Source: Cyanophora paradoxa CCMP329
Taxonomy: Eukaryota; Plantae; Glaucophyta
Direction of reading: 5' to 3'
Length of the DNA: 64,000 nt
Assembly: GCA_004431415.1 (NCBI GenBank)
Contig: QPMI01000244.1
Coordinates: 1 to 64,000 of the forward strand
Below the pieces are notes generated by a model. It had not been told where the DNA came from. It saw only the letters and a list, made by a program, of their open reading frames with translations, and did no database searches. Shown in pieces: positions 41,602-51,635 of the stretch; position 1 is the first letter of the stretch; each line of letters opens with the position of its first letter. The translations under genes and the position numbers were made by a program.

Positions 41602-43609
41602 CTAGCTATCGGGCTTGGCGGCGAGGAGGAAGAGGGCGTCGTACTCGAAGCGGAGCATCGAGTCGGCCGCCGCGCAGTACCGCGCCCGCCGGTGGCCCCG
41701 CTCCACCACCTGCCCCGCCCCGCCCCGCCCCGCCCCCTCAGCCGGGGAGCACGGGGCGCGAGGGGCGCGCGGGGCGGCGGGCGCGCCGTGAGACCGGCGC
41801 AGGCGGCGGCGGCGGCGACCTCCTCCGCCGTCAGCTCCACCGTGAAGGGCCGCCCCGCCGCCGGCCCGCCGCCGGCCCCGCGCCGCCCGAGCCAGAAGCG
41901 CCGCCGCCGGCGGCGCGGACGAGGCGGGCGCTGCGGGGGCGGCTCGAGGGGGCGGGCGGGGCGCGGGGGCGGGGGGGCGGACAGGATGTCGGCCTCGGGG
42001 ACGGGGCTCGTCTCGGAGTAGTGGTTGTAGAGGAGCGCCCCTACCCCCGCGACCGCGCCCCCGCCCGCCCGCCTCAGAGCGAGCTGGCGGGGCGGGGCGG
42101 GGCGGGGCGGGGGGCGTGGCGGGGACCGAGGTTGATCCAGAGGCCGCCGGGGCGGAGGGCGCGGGCGATGGTGGCGAGGTACTTCACCAGGTTCGTCCCT
42201 GCCCGCGGGGCCCGTCAGGCGGGGCGGCGGGGGCCCCGGGGCGGGGGCGGGCGCCGGTGTCGATGAAGAAGGCGGTGACGACGACGTCCCAGGCCCCCGC
42301 CGCCCCCGCCCCGCCGTACGTCTGCCCCCGCCTCAGCGCCCAGGCGGCGGGGCGGCGGGGGGAGGCCGGGGCACCTCGACGAAGTCCCCCGCGGCGAACG
42401 TCAGGCGCGGCTCGCCCTCCCCCTGGAAGACCTGAGGGGGGAGGCGGCGGGGCTCGGAGGGGGCGGGGCAGAGGGGGCGGGGCAGGGAGAGCGGGGCCGG
42501 CGCACGCTGGAGACGTCGACGTCGGGGAAGGACAGGCGCCGGCATGGGCCCGCGAAGCTGCCCGGGCCTCAGGGGGCGGAGAGGGAGGGCAGGAGGCGGA
42601 GGGGCGGGGGCGGGGGCGCCTGCGGGTGTTGAGCGCCGCGTGGGCGTCCGGGCAGATCTCGAAGGCCCCCGCCCCGCGCCCCGCCAGCGCGTTCATCAGC
42701 GCGAACGACGCCACCAGCATGTACTGCTCTCCGTGAGGGCGGTTCCGGCAGGAGGCGGGGTGGAGGGGCACCGTGTTGTCCTCGTTCGCCTGGGCGCGGA
42801 AGCCGCGGGATGCGATCTCCCACGCGAGGCGCCCGAGGCCCGCCCCGGGTACCAGCACTCGCACCGCGTCCCGCTGCCCGGGGCTCACGGGCGGCCGGGG
42901 GGTACAGGGGCGGGGAGGGGTACAGGGGCGCGGCGGGCGCACGGGGGTGCCCTGCGTGGCGTGCCAGTGCTCGAGGGCCTCCAGCAGCGGCCCGTACCCC
43001 TCGGCGCGCTCCTCCGCCCCCGCGGCCGTCCACTCGCGCTTCAGTTGGGCGAGCACCTGCCCCCGGCGGCGCCGGCGGCGGTGAGGGGCGGCGAGGGCGG
43101 CGCGGCGCGGGGGCCGGGGCGCGCCTGGAGGACGAAGGGCTGGGCCTCAAGGAGGGCCCGCCAGAGGGCCCGCGGGGCGTCGCCGGGGGCCGGCGGCAGC
43201 GCGCGGCCGGCGACGCGCACGCCGAGGTTCCACTGGACGCGCTTGCGGGGCCCCGACGTGTCGAGCAGCGAGGCCGCCCGCGACGCGCCGGTGATCGCCC
43301 GGAACAGCGCCGCGTTCGCGTTGACGGCCTCCCGCACCTGCCCGCCCCACCCCGCGCGCTCGCTCGGCCCTGAACTCGAAGACGGCGAGCTCGGGCTCGC
43401 GGCGGGCGCGTGCGGACCTCGTGCGCGCGCTTCGCGACGAGATCGCGGAACGGGGCCCACTGGGCGGAGGCCGGATCGCCGCCGGCGTCGCGTACAGCGC
43501 TCTCGGCGGTAGCCTCGATGCGGTCCACGTAGGCGGGTCCGAAGTAGTCGCAATAGAAGCGGAACGTGTCCAGCGCGAACGCGAACGGCTCCACGTCCTG
43601 AACCGCCAT
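41602..43609 (-). CDS. CARNMT1: N2227-family SAM-dependent methyltransferase (carnosine N-methyltransferase-like)
   Basis: LAQLKREWTAAGAEER..YGPLL, VRVLVPGAGLGRLAWEIA, QANE, AAGDFVE, WDVVVTAFFIDT, LRPGGLWINLGP/..LLY and ELTAEEV are the characteristic motifs of this family. Confidence 0.88.
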
Positions 43610-44046
43610 CGCCGCAGCGCCCGCGGCCTAGACCTCGCGCTCGCCCGACCTGCAGCTGCAGGCGCGCGCACAGGCGCTAGGCCGATCTAAAAGGTTGCTC
43701 TGATCTGTAAGATCGACACACACAGAGCAAGAATTCAAGACTTGCACGGGCCGGGTACGGGCCGGGTACGCGCAAATCCGACCAATGTTCGCTACAGGCC
43801 TCCTCGTCCCAGCGGAACCCCGCAGCTCGCCGCTCGCGTCGTTCGGCGCCAGCGCCCGTTCTTTCGTCTCTGCAGGCGCGCTGGCGCGGCGACCCCGCTC
43901 ACGGAAGCGCTTCGAGGCCGTCGTACGCAGCGCCCGGGCGCAGGAGGCCGGCCCGGAAGGCGAGTGCCTGCCTTTCGAAGCTTCGAGGGTTGATTGAACT
44001 AATTCCGCACGTTTCTGTTCAGAACGAGGGAATTTTACGCCCGGCG

Positions 44047-45051
44047 ATGAAGGCAAGCTCGAATGCTAGCTTGCCGCACGTCCCACGCCTCGATTCGGGT
44101 TCAAAATTCCTTCCTCGCGAGCGCAGCTGCTCAGCGCTTCACGCATGGCGTCCGCGAGCGTGTCTGGGTGGTCGCGGCGGACCGGGCCCGGGCGCGCGTC
44201 TTCGCCGTGCACCGCCCGGACGCCGAGGAGCGCCTGACGACGGCGGAGCACCCGGAGGATCGGTTCCACGCGCGGGACCGCGGCCTCCGCTCGCACCCGA
44301 CGGAGGAGCTGCACGAGTTCGAGGACCTCGTCGCCCCGCAGAGTGCGCCCCGCCCGCGCCTCCCGCCCCGGCCTTCCTCATTGGATCCGACGCCTCATTC
44401 GGCGCCAGGCAGGCTCCCGGAGCGGGAGTCGCGCTCGGACGACAGCGGGCGCTTCGCGAGCCGCCCCGCCCCGCGCACGAGCGCCTCGCGCCGCGTCGGC
44501 TCCCCGGGGCAGGAGGACGACGTGGAGGTGTATCCCCCGCTCCCCCTCGCGCCCGAGCTCGTCCCCCTCGCCGGCCGACCATGAGCTTCCGGGGCGGGCA
44601 GACGGAGCGGTTCGCGCGGCAGCTGGCGGACACCCTCGAGGAGGCGCGCGCCGCCGGCCGTATGGACGTCCGCCCCTCACGGCCTCCCTCCCCGCCGCCC
44701 CGCGGCCCCGCGCCTCCGCGCCTCACGCCGCCCGCAGAAGTTCTACTTCGCGGCGGGCCCGCAGTTCATCGGCGCCTTCCGGTCCGCGGCCCGCCGGCCC
44801 CGCCTCGCCCCCGCCCCGGCCCACGGGCGCCGAGCCGCGCAGGAAGGAGCTGGGCGGCCGCCCCGCCCTCCGCGGCGCGCTCGTCGACGAGGCGCGAGAG
44901 CCCCGCCCCGCCCCCGCCCCCCGCCGCCACCGGGGCCCGCCGGCGGCCGACAGCGAAGGTGCCGGGGCGGGCGCAGGTGAAGAAGAGCGTGGTGGACATG
45001 TCGACGCACGCCATCCGCGAGGCCCTCGGCGACGACCTCCGCCGCCGCTGA
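44047..45051 (+). CDS. Host-attachment / bacterial archaeo-eukaryotic release factor (baeRF1)-like protein, intron-containing
   Basis: Spliced MK/RFTHGVRERVWVVAADRARARVF..EDLVAPQ/GRLPERESRSDDSGR..TERFARQLADTLEEARAAGRMD/KFYFAAGPQFIGAFR/KEL..VDE/VKKSVVDMSTHAIREAL* follows the Host_attach pattern. Confidence 0.75.
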   Translation: MKASSNASLPHVPRLDSGSKFLPRERSCSALHAWRPRACLGGRGGPGPGARLRRAPPGRRGAPDDGGAPGGSVPRAGPRPPLAPDGGAARVRGPRRPAECAPPAPPAPAFLIGSDASFGARQAPGAGVALGRQRALREPPRPAHERLAPRRLPGAGGRRGGVSPAPPRARARPPRRPTMSFRGGQTERFARQLADTLEEARAAGRMDVRPSRPPSPPPRGPAPPRLTPPAEVLLRGGPAVHRRLPVRGPPAPPRPRPGPRAPSRAGRSWAAAPPSAARSSTRRESPAPPPPPAATGARRRPTAKVPGRAQVKKSVVDMSTHAIREALGDDLRRR

Positions 45052-45227
45052 CCGCCCCGCCCCGCCCCCCCGGCCCGCCCCCGCAGGCCCTCGCTGGCCG
45101 AGCCCCGCGCCCGCCCTGTAAATACCGCGCGCACAGAGGCGCCTCACTTGCTGAAGGTGAATGCCTCCGGGGCGGGGTGCGGAGGGTGCCGGAGGCGGCG
45201 GGCTCCCGAAGTTGGCCCAGCTCGCGC

Positions 45228-46207
45228 TCACGCCGCTGGCCGCCCCGGGGCTCCGCGGCCCGGGCCCTGGCGGCGCGACCGGCCCCGCGCGCTCTCGTCC
45301 GAGTCGCTCTCGAGCTCCACCGGCGCCGGCTGCGGCCCCGTCACACCTGCGGCGCGGCCCCGCGCCGGCGGCGGCCGGCCCACGCACCCTCCGCTGGCCC
45401 CCGACTGCGCCGCTCCCGCCCCCTCCACGACCCCGAGGGCCCCCCGCCCCGCCAAAGCCCCCGGACTCCTTTGGGAGCCTGCGGCACGCTCAGGGGCCAC
45501 GGAGCAGGGCCGGAGGGGCGGCCGCGCACCGGTGCTCCGCTCCGCGGCGCCGAGGGAGGCCGCGGAGGCGCTCCGGAGGCCGGCGCCCTGCGACGGCTGC
45601 GGCGCCGCGTGGGGCGTCCGCCCCGCCAGCGCGCCCCGCTGCAGCTCCGCCAGTATCGTGTACAGCAGCGGCCTGGGCGGCCCGTGAGCGGAGCCGCCGC
45701 CGCGATTGGGGCCCGCCCGCCGCACGCGCGTCCGCCACGCACAGCTGCATTGTGCTCGAGTCCTCGGGGATGCGCAAGTCGTGCGCAAGGAGGCGCCTGT
45801 CCAGCTGCTCCTCCGGCTGCCCCGACTCTGCGCCCGGTTCAAGCGCGAAGCGGACGGCAGCGGCCTGCACGGACCCGGAAGAAAGACGCAGAGCGTGTTC
45901 TTGTACTTGTTCCACTCCAAATACTCCCTTATTAGCTCGTTGATCAGCAGGTTCTCGTTCGATAGCTGTGGGCGCGGCTCGTCCTGCTAGCTTTGTCAGC
46001 AGCCCGCAGTGGCGCAGGCGGGGGCGGAGCCGCACATGATCATCGAGCGCGCCGAATATCTCGGCCCGGATGCGAGCGCGTATCTGCCGCAGCACGCCCT
46101 TGCCTTCCAGCGTGTCCTTCAACGCTGCCTGCCGCGTCGGCGCAAGATCTGGGCGCGAGCGCTCGCGGCCACAACGCACCCGACTTCAGCTCCTCTACCG
46201 TCGCCAT
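45228..46207 (-). CDS. FOPNL: FOPNL/FOR20 (CEP20) LisH-domain centrosomal/basal body protein
   Basis: MATVEELKS/ALKDTLEGKGVLRQIRARIRAEIFGALDD..PRPQLSNENLLINELIREYLEWNKYKNTLCVFLP/ESGQP..PLLY. The 3' end is uncertain (45228 or ~45144). Confidence 0.88.
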
Positions 46208-46323
46208 CGCTGCAGCTGCGCCGCCGCTGGATTGGCTTTCGTGGTTGCAATTCGCGCCTTTTTTTCGCCTTGGGTACAGTGTCCCAGCCGCAGGCGGCGA
46301 AACTCGCAAGCCGCAATACCGGA

Positions 46324-47191
46324 ATGGAGACCAGGATAGTTCTTACATGCGCTGTGCTGGCGGCATCAGTCATGTCGGTCGCTGGTGCGTGGGTCCTGGC
46401 GCCTGGGAGCCGAACCGGGCCTCCTTGCGGGCCGCCGACCGCCGGCTGCCTGCTGCACATTTGTGTGCACCATATAAGACCGCCGGCCACGTCGCTGGAT
46501 TTCGTGGGGCTTTTGAACGGGGTCGCTAGGCGGAGCCGCGTTCTAACGTCGGTTGCGTGGCCCCCGTGCGCTTAGCTCCCCGAGCGCTATTATTCCCTGC
46601 GATACGAACAGTATGGAGCGCCCATGCTCACCATTCGCCTCGCACGCACAGCGCAAGGCAGTCAGGCTCCTGTGGTCAGCCCCGCCGCCCTGGCGTCCTG
46701 TCACCGCCACTTGACGCTTGCCCGCAGGACCCTCATCGTGCTGCAGATCTCAAAATGGTCTGACGCCCTCGTGGGTCGCGCGGGCGTTGCATTGACGCGG
46801 CCGCTCAGGGCCACACCATGCTCGTCATGTTCGCGGGCTCCTTCGGCGTGCTCATCGCCCTCGGCCTTCTTAGCTGGATCGGCTGCCTTGTCTACCGCTA
46901 CACGAACAAGAACAAGCCCAGCGCACAGATGCAGGCCCGCAGGCAGATCGTTGACAACGATGACCTGAAGGAGAATTTCCTGGGCGGGTGCGCAGGCCCC
47001 CCGCAGCGTCACTTAGATGAGCTTCCGCATATAGGTCGAAGCGAGCGCTGTGGGGCCCGCGCTACCTCCGCGCCCCGCTGACTGCGGTCGCCCGCAGCTG
47101 GATCAACAGCACTGAAGACGCGAAGCCTGGCAAGCAGGCCTTCGCGATGGCGGATAGCGCCGGCGCGTGCGGCGGCGGCGGTTGCTGCTAG
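46324..47191 (+). CDS. Small single-pass membrane protein ending in GGGGCC
   Basis: Possible signal peptide METRIVLTCAVLAASVMSVA; TM segment LVMFAGSFGVLIALGLLSWIGCLVY; last exon WINSTEDAKPGKQAFAMADSAGACGGGGCC*; TGTAA at 47233. The 5' exons are uncertain. Confidence 0.5.
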
Positions 47192-48009
47192 GCTCCGGTT
47201 CGAGCTGCTAGGTTCGAGCTGTGTGTTTTATCTGTAAACCAGATTAGTCACTAGTGTAGGTGTGTACCGCTGAACGGACTCATATAGAGGGATGATAGAG
47301 CCACCCCCACCCGGCACCCGCCCTCCAGAGCCCTGCGGCCCCTGGCCATGGCAACATGCAGCTGAGGCCCAGCCTGAGGGCACCGTGGCACATGTACAGC
47401 CAGCTGCAGCTGCAGGCGCCAGCTGCATGCCAGCTGCGCATGCCGGGGCGCCGGCGCTTGACTAAGCATGATCATGATGTGTCGCAGTGCTGATATCGAT
47501 GTACATGTCGAAGACCGGCCTGGCCGGGCGCATTCTTGAGCTGCAGCCGACGCGAGCTCAGAAACGTGAACTGCACTGCCGCAGTGCGGCACGCATTCAA
47601 TGATTCGAGTGCCCAGCACGAACCAATGTGACGCCGGCATGTATTTGATGTTCTCAAGTTCTCCGCAGCTGCAGATGTGTGGTATACGCTTTTTGTGTTT
47701 TTGCAGCGTGTTAACCGGGGGGTGCGAGCCTCCTTGCTTCAGATCAAATAGCTTTGCATTAGACTTTCAGCTGCCGACACAGCTAAATCCTGCTTTCATC
47801 ATTATGCTTAGGCAAAAGTTGAAATGCGCAAACAAAATGCGACGCGCGAGTCTGAGCACGCCGCAAGAAAGAGAAGGGGAGGGAGGGGGAGGCTACTCTG
47901 CTGTTGAGCTCATCTGGTGGTACAGACGGCGCGCGCATACGGGCGAGCTCACTACTGGGATGCGCGCCGGCAGGCGGGCGAGAGAGCCCGCGCAGCGACG
48001 GGAAGCCGC

Positions 48010-49781
48010 TTAGTGCTCCGCGGCGTGCTTCTCGTGCTCGAGCTCGTGGCCGACCTCGACGGCCTCGCCGATGTACACCGACGCGAGGGTCGCGAAGATG
48101 AGCGCCTGCGCGCCGCGTCGGCGCCGGCCCCGAGAGAAAAGGAAGGGAGATGCGGGCGACGGACCTGGATGGCCGAGGCGAAGAGGCCGAGGAGCATGGC
48201 GGGGAGGGGCACGACCACGGGGATGAGGAGGATGAGCACGGACACGACCAGCTGCGGGGACGCTCAGCCGCCGCGTAGAGCGCAGGCGGGCGGGGCGCGG
48301 ACCTCGTCGGCAAGGATGTTACCGAAGAGACGGAAGGAGAGCGAGAGCGGCTTGGTGAAGTCCTCAATGATGTTGATGGGGAGGAGGATCGGGGTCGGCT
48401 TCACGTAGCGGGTGAAGTAGCCGAGGCCCGCGCCCTGCGCCGCCCCGCCTCAGCGCGCGCGACGCGGATTTGATCTGCGCGCGCGGACCTTGAAGCCAGC
48501 GTAGAAGTACGCCAGCGAGACGAGGAGCGCCATCGACGCGGTGGTGTTGATGTCGTTGGTGGGCGCCGCGAGCTCACCCTGCGCAAGGCGGACCGAACCG
48601 GTCAGAACAACCTGCGAGCGTCGGCCCGGCGCGCGGGCTCGAGACGCACCTCCGGGATGTGGACGAGCTTCCAGGGGACCAGAGCGCCGGCCCAGTTGGA
48701 CGCGAAGATGAAGAGGAAGAGGGTGCCGACGAAGGGGACCCACTCGCGGTAGTCGTGCTCGCCGATGTTCTGGCGGGCGATGTCCTCGATGAACTCGATG
48801 GCGTACTCGCCGACGTTCTGCACGCCGGTGGGCTCGCGCTCCTTCTTGCCGGACGCCGACACGCCGAAGGCGAGCAGGGCCGCGAAGATGATCCAGGTCA
48901 CGAAGATGACCTGGCCGTGAACGTGCATGCCGTTCGGGAGGTCCCAGTACCAGTGCTTGCCGACCTCGACGGCAGCCAGGGGCATGGCCGACAGGGCGTC
49001 GATCGCCGCAGCCGGGTTGGCCAGGAGCTGGGCAGCCGAGGCCGACTCCGGGAACATCTGCGAGAACATAGCCGACGCGCCGAGGAACGCCGGGACGGTC
49101 ATCTTCTGGCCGTGCTCCGCAGCGAACTTCTGGACGGTCTTGGTGTCGCGCTGGGCGCGCTCCGCGCAGAACTCGAACGCGCGCTCAACAGGGCTCTGCT
49201 CAGCGCTGCGCATACAAAAAGAGGAGGAAGGAATGGTCAGATCGGACCGATTCGCGGGGCGAAACACTAGTCAAGCGCCCCACGGCGCCCGAGCGGTCGA
49301 GCCCGGCGGCAAACGGTGGAGAACCCATCTTTAGATGTCAAAAGAGAGGTCTAAACTGAATGCTAGGCCCCCGCGCGGCTGCCAGCGGTATAAGCGACGC
49401 TGCGCGCGCAAACCCCATCCCGCGGCGGAGGGATGATTTGGAGCCAGCGCGCTGCTCCCCGACGCTCTAGGACGGACAAGAGACATCTATTGCATCCTCC
49501 TGCGCGCTCTGATGCGCCGCGCTGCCGCAGGACAGCCGGGGTCCCACGTGCGCGCAAGTCCAAGGTTGAAAAATCTGGCCGACGAACCTGGCGCTGACGA
49601 ACTCCACAGCCTTCGACGCAGCCAGGCGGGCCGCGCGGCGGGTGGCGCCGACATTGACGCGGCCGAAAGCCTGGCTCTCGAAGAACCGGCTAATCTGGCG
49701 AGCCGCCTGCTTGGCCGCCGCCTGGGTGCTGACGGGCGCGGTGCGGCCGGAGGCCACGGGGGTGGAGACGATGAACGCCAT
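48010..49781 (-). CDS. atpI: Nucleus-encoded plastid ATP synthase CF0 subunit a (IV) precursor, 6 exons
   Basis: Presequence [16 protein letters not shown]..; mature part [104 protein letters not shown]; five GT-AG introns. Confidence 0.97.
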
Positions 49782-50446
49782 GGCGCTGCTTTGCCGACGC
49801 GAAATCGGCCCGAACGGAGTGTACCCCTCGAACAGTGTGTACCCCTTACCGAGTGAACCCCCCCAACTGCTTCGCACTAACTCGCGATCGGGGCTGTACC
49901 CTGGGCCGGCCGACAGCTCAGTGTGGCTCAGCCCTCGTACGTGGTGCGCGTTACCGCCCCTCCCTGGCGCCCTCAGCCCGCCGCTCACGCTCCCCCCGCG
50001 CCGCGGCGCACCGGCAGTTATTTCCTGTGGCAGTGTCCTGGTGAGCTCGGGCCGGCTCGCTCCCTGCGTTCAGTGCAGATGTATAGGGGAAGTACGCCTT
50101 GGTCGAGCCGCCGACCACCGATCGCATCGCCGAGTCGCGCTCGCGCACTGCGGCAGCTGCAGCGCCGGCGCCCGACCCCGAGCTCATCCTGCCGCCCTCG
50201 AGCGGCCGGCGCTCGCTCGCTGCGCTCCTCAACGCAACGCGCTCGGCTCCACGCCCGCGGCGCAGTGCAGATCGTAGGTATCGAGCGCCTAGACGCGCAC
50301 GGGCGCCGGTGCGGCCGCGGGCCCGTCAAGGACGTCCCCGGGCCCGCGACCCGGTGCGCTGCACGTGCGTCCCGGCTCTCTGTTATCACTCGTGTGCCCA
50401 GCCGCTCGGGCTAGGCGCGCACGGCCCCGGCCTCCTGCAGCTGATC

Positions 50447-51635
50447 ATGAGCGGCTGCATCCTCTCCTCGCCCCCTCTCCTCCTTCGCCCCTCCCTCTCC
50501 CCCGTCCCTCTCCTCACAAGGGCGCAGTGGCCACGGGAGGTCAAGCACCAGTCGGCGAGCGGGTTAAACAGGTTAGCTGTACTGTCCCGCTCCCAGCATC
50601 CGTTTTCCTTTCGAAGCCCACTGCAGCCTGTGCTGTACCCCGCGCCTTGACGAGCCACCCTCCGCAGGTCTATCGGGGGTGCAACTTCCCCCTGCAACCC
50701 TTTCACCCGTACCACGCACCCCCCTCACCCCGTACCCCGTACCCCCCTCACCCGTACCCCGTACCCCCGTTCCTCAGGCTCCTGTACCCCGCGCCACAAC
50801 GAGCTCCCTGCCTGTTGTCTGCTCTTCACTGGAGCTCTGGTGGAGCTCTGCACTAACTGAGTGTGTACCAGTACCCCGTCGAGCAGGCCGATTGCATCGC
50901 GCCCATCAACTACATCAAGCTCGGGCGCGCGGGGTCCCGCCAGAGGAGGGAAGCGCTCGCGCTCATCCCCCCGGGGGATCGCCTCTTGCCTGCGCCTGGC
51001 CTCCCCGCTCGCACGCCCCGAGTCCACGCGTCGGACGAGCTCATTGTTCGCCATGAGCTCTACGAGTGGGCGCATCTTTGGGCGCTCGCGCACGGCGCCG
51101 GCCATGTCCTGCAGGTCCTGCGGATCTTGCACGATAGCCCTGTGGACGGCAACCGCAAGGTCTACGGCAAGGATCGAGTGCGACCGGGTGCATGTTCCTT
51201 TTGCGTTTATCGTGAGCTTGTGTTGAATTCAGGCTCGCAGACTTCCTGATTGAGTTCGAGCACTTCGTCGTTGTGGTGGAGGTGGACGAGCGGGGCCACG
51301 GGCGCACCAACGTCTTCGCTAGAATGTCCCTGAGCACCGCGATTCGCTACAGGCGCTCCGCGGAGGACGCCCGGATGCGGGAGGCGAAGCGCGAGCGGGA
51401 GGCCGCGCGGGCGGAGCGGGAGGCGAAGGAGCGCGAGCGGGAGGCGAAGGAGCGCGAGCGGGAGGCGAAGGAGCGCGAGCGGGAGGCCGCGTGGACGCGC
51501 GAGGACCGGAAGTGCATGCTCAAGCAGCTGTGTCGTGGGAGACCTGTGGATCCTGCACTGTGGGAATTTCGCACTGCGGGGCCTCACCTCCAACCTCCGC
51601 CCCGGCCTCCACCCGGCCGTGGGCCGCCTGCTTAG
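50447..51635 (+). CDS. Putative PD-(D/E)xK (Vsr/DUF559-like, giant-virus-type) endonuclease domain protein, possibly degenerate
   Basis: Splicing intron 51188-51240 gives RVRP/DFLIEFEHFVVVVEVDERGH..EDARMRE, resembling the RPD..IVEVDE.QH..E..RM motif of NCLDV-type nucleases. The 5' end is uncertain. Confidence 0.5.
51376..51490 (+). repeat. 21-bp coding tandem repeat (GCGGGAGGCGAAGGAGCGCGA; EAKERER)
   Basis: Three perfect plus degenerate copies visible. Confidence 0.85.

Noticed and set aside
48010-49781. atpI as a plastid DNA insertion or cyanobacterial contamination
   Set aside because: Spliceosomal introns, a transit peptide, host-like GC-rich codons and no neighbouring atp operon genes.
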